Assembly: GCA_963793425.1 (NCBI GenBank)
Contig: CAWCAG010000009.1
Location: 960,001 to 1,024,000, forward strand
Direction of reading: 5' to 3'
DNA length: 64,000 nucleotides
Origin: an uncultured cyanobacterium
Lineage (GTDB): Bacteria; Cyanobacteriota; Cyanobacteriia; Cyanobacteriales; CAWCAG01
Position numbers and translations under genes: made by a program. Of the stretch, positions 58,113 through 64,000 are shown piece after piece. Position 1 is the stretch's first letter. Each line of letters opens with the position of its first letter. The notes beneath the pieces are model-generated. The model did no database searches, was not told the DNA's origin, and saw only the letters and a program-made list of their open reading frames with translations.

Positions 58113-58433
58113 GAGTTTTTACGTAAGTAAGATACTTGGTTTTTGTCTATTTCTTATGAAGAAATGACTAGCTGTTTCGGAGTTGCCTCTTCAATAAGAA
58201 ATAGTATATGTTTAAGCTAAGAAAAGGTGAAATTAATTGGTATAAACCAGCAGCTTCTTCAATTTTTAGTCGCAACTACCAAACATTTTAAATAGTCAGC
58301 AAAAAAAATCTGCTCTTCGGATCAGAATTGATTTGTAGCCCCAACAAGCAATAAACACCAAAACCGCATCACTCAGCAGAATGAATAACTTTTAAGCGTC
58401 AACACTTAAGAAGAGAGTTGACATTTCTTTAGT

Positions 58434-59738
58434 ATGGTAAGCATGGATGAGCTAAAAAAAGAGAAAAGTTACAAGGCTAAATTACTTAAGCCAAAGATTG
58501 ATCTTGCTCAAGCTTATATCTATAGCTTTTTCTTAACTCTGGTCAACGAAAAAGAACCAGCTAAAGTCCTTAAAGAATTTCAACTCCTGTTTTTTGATTA
58601 TTACGCTACTGAAGAAAATAGTGAAGCCGTTAGTGCCTTAGCAGAAATTCTCTTTGCTAACGATGAAGAAGCTTTTTTAAATACAATTAAACGCTGTTGC
58701 TACATCTTAATCAACAACTGGGAAAGAGACAGAGAAAAAGAAGCTATTCAGAAATTTGTTCAAGCTTTCTTAAATGAAGATTTTGACCAAGAACCAACTA
58801 ATCAAGTAACAAGTCGCCTTGACGCTTGGTTAAAACATTTTGTTGAAAGTAAATACTTTGCTGAAATTAATATTTTCAAAACCAGCCAAGCTGAGCCAAA
58901 AACAGAACATTGGAGCAAAAGATATAATTCTTACTTACTAGTTAATCAATATCTCAACACCAATAATTCCGCAGAACAAAGGGAAGCTGCTAAATTACTA
59001 TCTCAAGAGTTAAGAAATAAGTTCAAATTCGATTTAGCTATGTATACTGCCCGTTCCGAGGCTAGCCATACCACGGAAGATAACGCTGAAAATCCCACTA
59101 ATCTTGGTAAAGAAGCTCTACAACTAATTAAGAAAGTTTTAGCTAAACAAAAACATTTTGATTATGATAAATTAGCTAATATTTTCAACAAGCAAATACC
59201 AGGACTTCGTTACAGAAGTTTCAAGACTTATTTAGCTAACTACCTTTTATATACTTTAGAAGGAGAAAAAACCACTAAAGCGATCAGAAATCAGTTAAAT
59301 AAAAAGCTTGATTTTCTCTATGAAGAGTACGATGATTGTTTTCTTGATGATTCATTAATACTGCGTAGTTGCAATCGTGTTATCGATTATTTAACCTTAG
59401 AAAGTGAAAATAGTCCTGGGGAAATATTTATTCTTCTCATGTCCCAAGAAGATCGGCTATCTTTAGTGATTATTATGCTCAAGCTGATTTTATTTTGTCC
59501 TTATTCTCGTACTCACTTAGAAACTAGAGTTGGTGAATTAATTGAATATTACAACGATTTTCCAGAAGCGGATTGTAAGTGGTTAGTACATTTTTTTGAT
59601 ATTTTTCAAATCATTTTCACGATTTTTGCTGATAGTGAGGTTGAATATAATCTGATCAAAGTCAAAGAAGATCCAGGATTTTCTTTAGATAGTTATCGTA
59701 TTTTTTCTATGTATAGGAAGTCACCTAAAACTGTTTAG
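58434..59738 (+). CDS. Conserved cyanobacterial helical hypothetical protein
   Basis: KRCCYILINNW, W..RY.SYLLV.QY and KFKFDLAMY.AR motifs. Confidence 0.78.
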   Translation: MVSMDELKKEKSYKAKLLKPKIDLAQAYIYSFFLTLVNEKEPAKVLKEFQLLFFDYYATEENSEAVSALAEILFANDEEAFLNTIKRCCYILINNWERDREKEAIQKFVQAFLNEDFDQEPTNQVTSRLDAWLKHFVESKYFAEINIFKTSQAEPKTEHWSKRYNSYLLVNQYLNTNNSAEQREAAKLLSQELRNKFKFDLAMYTARSEASHTTEDNAENPTNLGKEALQLIKKVLAKQKHFDYDKLANIFNKQIPGLRYRSFKTYLANYLLYTLEGEKTTKAIRNQLNKKLDFLYEEYDDCFLDDSLILRSCNRVIDYLTLESENSPGEIFILLMSQEDRLSLVIIMLKLILFCPYSRTHLETRVGELIEYYNDFPEADCKWLVHFFDIFQIIFTIFADSEVEYNLIKVKEDPGFSLDSYRIFSMYRKSPKTV

Positions 59739-59851
59739 CCTGTTTTAATATTTCCTCCACAACAGGAATGACCATAAAACGCCAACCTCAACTATTAAGG
59801 GACGTTTTACGGGACTCATGCCAACTACGGTAAATCAAAGCAAAGCTGATT

Positions 59852-60025
59852 TTATTGAGAATCTCCCAAAGAAATATCTTCTCCTAAAGGATTTTCTAAC
59901 TCGTCGCCTAAGAGTAAAGACATTTGTTCCAAGAGTTCTGTGTCTTCTTCATTTAAGTCGTCTTGTTGAGGATTGTGGGCAATGATGGGAAGATTCACTT
60001 CGTATAAGACTTTGGTCAATGACAT
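59852..60025 (-). CDS. 57-aa acidic small protein candidate (not in the ORF track)
   Basis: MSLTKVLYEVNLPIIAHNPQQDDLNEEDTELLEQMSLLLGDELENPLGEDISLGDSQ*, filling an otherwise empty gap. Confidence 0.5.
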   Translation of the reverse strand: MSLTKVLYEVNLPIIAHNPQQDDLNEEDTELLEQMSLLLGDELENPLGEDISLGDSQ

Positions 60026-60353
60026 GGCTTTTTCTCGTACTTACTTAGGTTTTTATATTCTCAGAGATTTTTCTTCTTGATTCATTGACCTAAATCAGGA
60101 AAAAAGTGTGAATATCCTCAGTAAGAATGATGATGCAGGTAAAGTGGTTTTGGCGATCGCAATTCGACTTTTGTCGGATCTAAGTCACAAGATGCAGAGT
60201 CTAAAGCTTCTGTCCCCCAATCAGTAATCCTCCTTTAGGGGAGCTTTAGCTAAAGTTACTGCTCAAATGTTCCCAACCTTTTCTAGCATTTAGTTTTGGA
60301 TGATATTTATGTTTTTTAAACAGAGACGCTGCAAGCAACGCCTCTTTTTTCAC

Positions 60354-61826
60354 CTATTCTTCCTTAATTGCAATATCTAAAGTTTCTACTTCCACATCCA
60401 ATTCTTGTAAAGGTGGTTGAATCTCTTCTCCATTTCCTACAACAATGGTCACAATCTGCTCTGGTTGCAGATATTTTTGAGCTACCCTTTGAATATCGGC
60501 AATGGTAGTTGCTTTAACTTGACGCTGATACTCAAAAATAAAATCAGCCGGATAACCGTAATATTCATAACGCATCAACCGAGATAGGGTTTGACTAGGA
60601 TCGGCGAAGTTGAAGACAAAAGAATTAAGGATTGATTCTTTGGCATTGGCTAATTCCTGGGCCGTTATTGGTTCTGTACGTAGCTTAGCAATTTCCGCTT
60701 TAATCGATTTAATAAAAGGAACCGTTGCCTCTGAACGAGTTTGTCCCCCAGCAATAAAAATGCCAGGATAGTCATAGCGGGGACTCCAAAAACCATAGAC
60801 AGAATAAGCTAAACCTTGACGTGATCGCACTTCGTTAAATAAACGCCCTCCAAAGCCGTTGAGGACTTCATTCATGACGTTAAGTTCAGGATAGTCAGGG
60901 TTATCAAATTGACCCCCAAGATGCCCTAGGAGGATGTTACTTTGGGTTAATTGAGGTTGGTTGACAAAAAATATGCCGTTACTATTTTTCTGGGTTGCTT
61001 GGGGAACTGTGAGTTTGTTTTCCCCGGAGGCAGGTTGCCAATCACCAAACTTAGCCTCGATTAACTCTTTGACTTCCTGGGCATTAAAGTCCCCAACAAT
61101 GCCCAAAATGACATCTTCGGGGTGGAAGTATTGGTTGTAATAATCCACTAAGTCCTGGCGTTCAATATTACCTAAAGTGGCATACTCTGTAGTACGAGCG
61201 TAGGGACTTTCTTGCCCATAAACCAGTTTTCTAAACTCCCTGCTGGCAATAGCCCCAGGATCATCATTGCGACGGGCAATGTTACCCTGTTCTTGGGTTT
61301 TAGCTAGTTCTATTTTAGCTTCACTGAAAGCGGGGGAACGCAACACCTCTGCAAAGAGAGCAAATACTGTAGGAAAATCTTCGCTTAAGGCACTGAAACT
61401 ACCACCGCCAGAACTATCACCGATAAAAGTTTCTACCGAAGCTGCCCTTTGTTCGAGCATTTCGTTTAACTGATCAGGAGGATGTTTCATGGTTCCCCCG
61501 GTACGCATAACTGTCCCCGTTATTTGGGCTAAACCAGTTTCATTGCCATCTTCCCAACGCGAACCTGTACGAATGATCGCACTACCGCCAACTAAAGGCA
61601 GTTCTTTATCTTCGATTAGATAAATTACCATACCATTATTAAGTTCGTAGCGTTCGTACTCCGGTAACTTAACCTCTGGTAAGGGGGGAAATTCTAATTG
61701 ATCGTGGTATTTGGCTGTAGCTGCTAGGGAAAAGTTGGTTTCCCCCCCACCAATAACTACCAAAAATACTGTGAGGATAACTATTCCCAGCCAACTGAAG
61801 CGCTTCATTTGTTTCTTTGTAACCAT
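60354..61826 (-). CDS. M16 (pitrilysin) family peptidase-like subunit lacking HXXEH
   Basis: ELNNGM, GRLFNEVRSRQGLAYSV and a signal peptide. Confidence 0.9.
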   Translation of the reverse strand: MVTKKQMKRFSWLGIVILTVFLVVIGGGETNFSLAATAKYHDQLEFPPLPEVKLPEYERYELNNGMVIYLIEDKELPLVGGSAIIRTGSRWEDGNETGLAQITGTVMRTGGTMKHPPDQLNEMLEQRAASVETFIGDSSGGGSFSALSEDFPTVFALFAEVLRSPAFSEAKIELAKTQEQGNIARRNDDPGAIASREFRKLVYGQESPYARTTEYATLGNIERQDLVDYYNQYFHPEDVILGIVGDFNAQEVKELIEAKFGDWQPASGENKLTVPQATQKNSNGIFFVNQPQLTQSNILLGHLGGQFDNPDYPELNVMNEVLNGFGGRLFNEVRSRQGLAYSVYGFWSPRYDYPGIFIAGGQTRSEATVPFIKSIKAEIAKLRTEPITAQELANAKESILNSFVFNFADPSQTLSRLMRYEYYGYPADFIFEYQRQVKATTIADIQRVAQKYLQPEQIVTIVVGNGEEIQPPLQELDVEVETLDIAIKEE

Positions 61827-61862
61827 TTCTTGCTTAATAGTTAGTAAATCTTCTTGTGTTGC

Positions 61863-63440
61863 TTATTCCCCATTGCCTTCTTGAGAAAGCAATCGACCAA
61901 TGGTACGATTTTCTGGGGTAAAGGTTGCTTGAGAAACTCTTTGCACATCTGCTGCATTTACTGTTGCGATCGCCTCTAATTGTTTAAAAAGGTTGCGCCA
62001 GTCTCCGGTGAGGACTTCATACTTAACTAATAACTGCCCCATACCAATATTAGAATCGAGGGAACGCAATAATTCTGCCCTGGCTTGGGTTTTTACCCGA
62101 TTTAACTCTTGGAGGGAAACTGGTTCTGTTTTCAGCCGTTTAATTTCTACTTCCAAAGCTTTAGCCACATCTTCAACGCTACTGTTCGGAGCAGTGAGGG
62201 CATAAAAAAGCATGAGGTTAGGATATTTTTCTCCAGGAAAACCACTCAATCCTTGGGCGGTTAAAGCGACTTGCTTTTCTTCTACTAAAGATTTGTAGAG
62301 GCGAGAAGTTCTACCATCACTAAGTAAGCGAGAAATTATTTCATAGACAGCATGATCGGGGTGGTTAATGGAAGGGCGATGATAGCCTTCAAGATACCAA
62401 GGTTGAGAATTTAACTCTAGGGTAACTTCCTTAGTTTGGGTTTGAGATGGCTCTACCTTTGTCACTTCCGGAGGTTGGGCTTTAGCGGGGTAACGCCCAA
62501 AATAAACCTCGCTTAACTCCTTAACTTCTTGAGGATCTATATCACCAACAATAGCTACGGTTAAGTTATTAGGGGCGTAATGGGTGGTAAAAAACTCTTC
62601 AACATTACCCCGTTCTAAATTGCGAATATCTTCGTCGTAGCCGATTACAGGACGCTTGTAGGGATGAACTTCGTAGGCGGTATCGAGAAACTCTTCAATC
62701 ATTTTACCCACCGGAGAGTTATCTGTTCGTAACCGACGCTCTTCTAATATGACTTCTTTTTCTTTATAAAATTCCCTAAATACCGGATCAAGGAAGCGTT
62801 CCGACTCCAAAGCCATCCATAATTCTATTTTATTGGCAGGTAAGCTATAAAAATAAATTGTATAATCCGCTGAAGTAGCCGCATTTAAGCCTTCTCCTCC
62901 AGATGTTTCGACAATTTGGCCAAATTCATTTTGTTTGGCATATTTAGTAGCTTCGGTTTCAACTTCAGCAAACTTTGCTTGTAGTTGGGCTACTTTAGCT
63001 TCATCCCCCGCCTCTTTTGCTGCTTTGATTTCCTCAAATAAGCGATCTAATTCTTCTAAAAGAGGCTTTTCCGCTTCGTAATTATTTGTACCAATGCGCC
63101 TTGTACCTTTGAAAGCTAAGTGTTCCAGGAAATGAGCTACCCCTGTTTTACCATCAGGTTCATTAGCCCCCCCCACATCAGCATAGGTAACAAAAGAAAC
63201 AATCGGGGCTTTGTCCCTCTTTAAGAGTATGAACTTCATACCATTATCTAGTTCATATTCTGTAACTTGTTCTACAACCCGATCTAAATAAGGCTGAATT
63301 GAACTTGGAGTTTCTGTGGGGGTTTGCGCCAAAGCAACGTTGGGTAAAAAGCTCCCCACTAACATAATTGAAGAGCAAAAACTGATTAACTTATAATTCC
63401 AGCTATTGCGTCGAAAACAATCTTTCAATATTTTCTGCAT
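61863..63440 (-). CDS. M16 family zinc peptidase, catalytic subunit
   Basis: GVAHFLEHLAFKG (HXXEH), NAATS.D.T.Y and EERR motifs. Confidence 0.93.
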   Translation of the reverse strand: MQKILKDCFRRNSWNYKLISFCSSIMLVGSFLPNVALAQTPTETPSSIQPYLDRVVEQVTEYELDNGMKFILLKRDKAPIVSFVTYADVGGANEPDGKTGVAHFLEHLAFKGTRRIGTNNYEAEKPLLEELDRLFEEIKAAKEAGDEAKVAQLQAKFAEVETEATKYAKQNEFGQIVETSGGEGLNAATSADYTIYFYSLPANKIELWMALESERFLDPVFREFYKEKEVILEERRLRTDNSPVGKMIEEFLDTAYEVHPYKRPVIGYDEDIRNLERGNVEEFFTTHYAPNNLTVAIVGDIDPQEVKELSEVYFGRYPAKAQPPEVTKVEPSQTQTKEVTLELNSQPWYLEGYHRPSINHPDHAVYEIISRLLSDGRTSRLYKSLVEEKQVALTAQGLSGFPGEKYPNLMLFYALTAPNSSVEDVAKALEVEIKRLKTEPVSLQELNRVKTQARAELLRSLDSNIGMGQLLVKYEVLTGDWRNLFKQLEAIATVNAADVQRVSQATFTPENRTIGRLLSQEGNGE

Positions 63441-63643
63441 ACTTTTAGGCTCTAGTACCGATTTATTTTAGCAAGGTGATTAGAATAAAATCCTTGCTTT
63501 AAGCTAAAAAGGGTAAGACCTTATGACACAAAATAGGCTATAACTGTTTCTCTTAACGATCTGTGAAGCTTTGATCTTGATTAGGGCTTCTTGTTAGAAA
63601 ATAACTCTACGGTTTTCAAGCCAATTTAATAAGTAAAAATGCT

Positions 63644-64000
63644 ATGCGAGTTTTTAGTCAGCGTTCCGTTGGAAAAGTAACCAGTAACTCAGAAGAAGAT
63701 ACCCGTAGTCGTATCTTAAAAGCTGCCTTACCTTTATTTGCCCGTCAAGGTTACGACGGCACAACTACTAAAGATTTAGCTACGGGTGCAAAGGTGGCAG
63801 AAGGGACGCTGTTTCGTCATTTTGCTAACAAAAAAGCTATCTTAATTGAAGTGGCAACCCAGGGTTGGATAGAAATTCTCACTGACTTACTGACAGAATT
63901 AAGTGAAATGGGTAGTTACAAAGCTGTTGCCCAAGTTATGCGTCGGCGTATGTTTCGCATGAAGGAAAATAGCGATATGATGCGCGTTTGCTTCACCGAA
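63644..64000 (+). CDS. TetR/AcrR regulator, PfsR-like, 3'-truncated by the window edge
   Basis: Manual translation gives MRVFSQR..TRSRILKAALPLFARQGYDGTTTKDLATGAKVAEGTLFRHFANKK. Confidence 0.9.
   Translation, partial: MRVFSQRSVGKVTSNSEEDTRSRILKAALPLFARQGYDGTTTKDLATGAKVAEGTLFRHFANKKAILIEVATQGWIEILTDLLTELSEMGSYKAVAQVMRRRMFRMKENSDMMRVCFTE

Larger units (their letters stand above)
351..61973. repeat. Dispersed HIP1 octamers (GCGATCGC), roughly 30 copies
   Basis: Examples at 351, 5803, 7951, 18813, 26801, 45735 and 61966. The count is by eye. Confidence 0.9.

Noticed and set aside
359..62205. Many 60-140 aa antisense or alternate-frame ORFs in the track (e.g. 774-1052, 12398-12661, 15816-16145, 16185-16607, 45130-45501)
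   Set aside because: They are shadows of well-supported genes and have no motifs of their own.

Overview
A 64-kb AT-rich cyanobacterial chromosomal segment. The evidence is roughly 30 HIP1 octamers (GCGATCGC, counted by eye), heptameric STRR repeats, GTAG-type palindromic repeats, gifA with an NtcA box, SLH proteins and a Uma2 nuclease. Most genes are core or conserved cyanobacterial: sppA, glyA, an AGT aminotransferase, rsmB, recR, an S1 protein, a ROK kinase, cysK, a 1-Cys peroxiredoxin, a CruE-like carotenoid enzyme, tRNA-Leu(CAA), an A-type Fe-S carrier, M48 and M16 peptidases and a TetR regulator. Mobile DNA comprises an intact IS605-group element (tnpA+tnpB) with IS608-like end signals, a doubly deleted relative of it, a deleted IS630 element and several MITEs. 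One MITE-like segment sits in frame inside a methyltransferase gene. The best candidate for an undescribed system is a module at 1.8-4.4 kb: two tandem Crp/Fnr regulators followed by two small Zn-ribbon ORFs (one unannotated), with a repeated GTACG-N4-CGTAC box upstream of three consecutive genes and a long hairpin 5' leader. Other oddities are an M48 paralogue with REXXH, a degenerate kinase-WD40, an orphan PD-(D/E)XK nuclease, a Bsr-like racemase paired with a TIGR03032 gene, a CDS overlapping a tRNA, and two single-base frameshifts that may be assembly errors. No CRISPR array, rRNA or prophage was seen. All family calls come from motif recognition by eye, not database searches.
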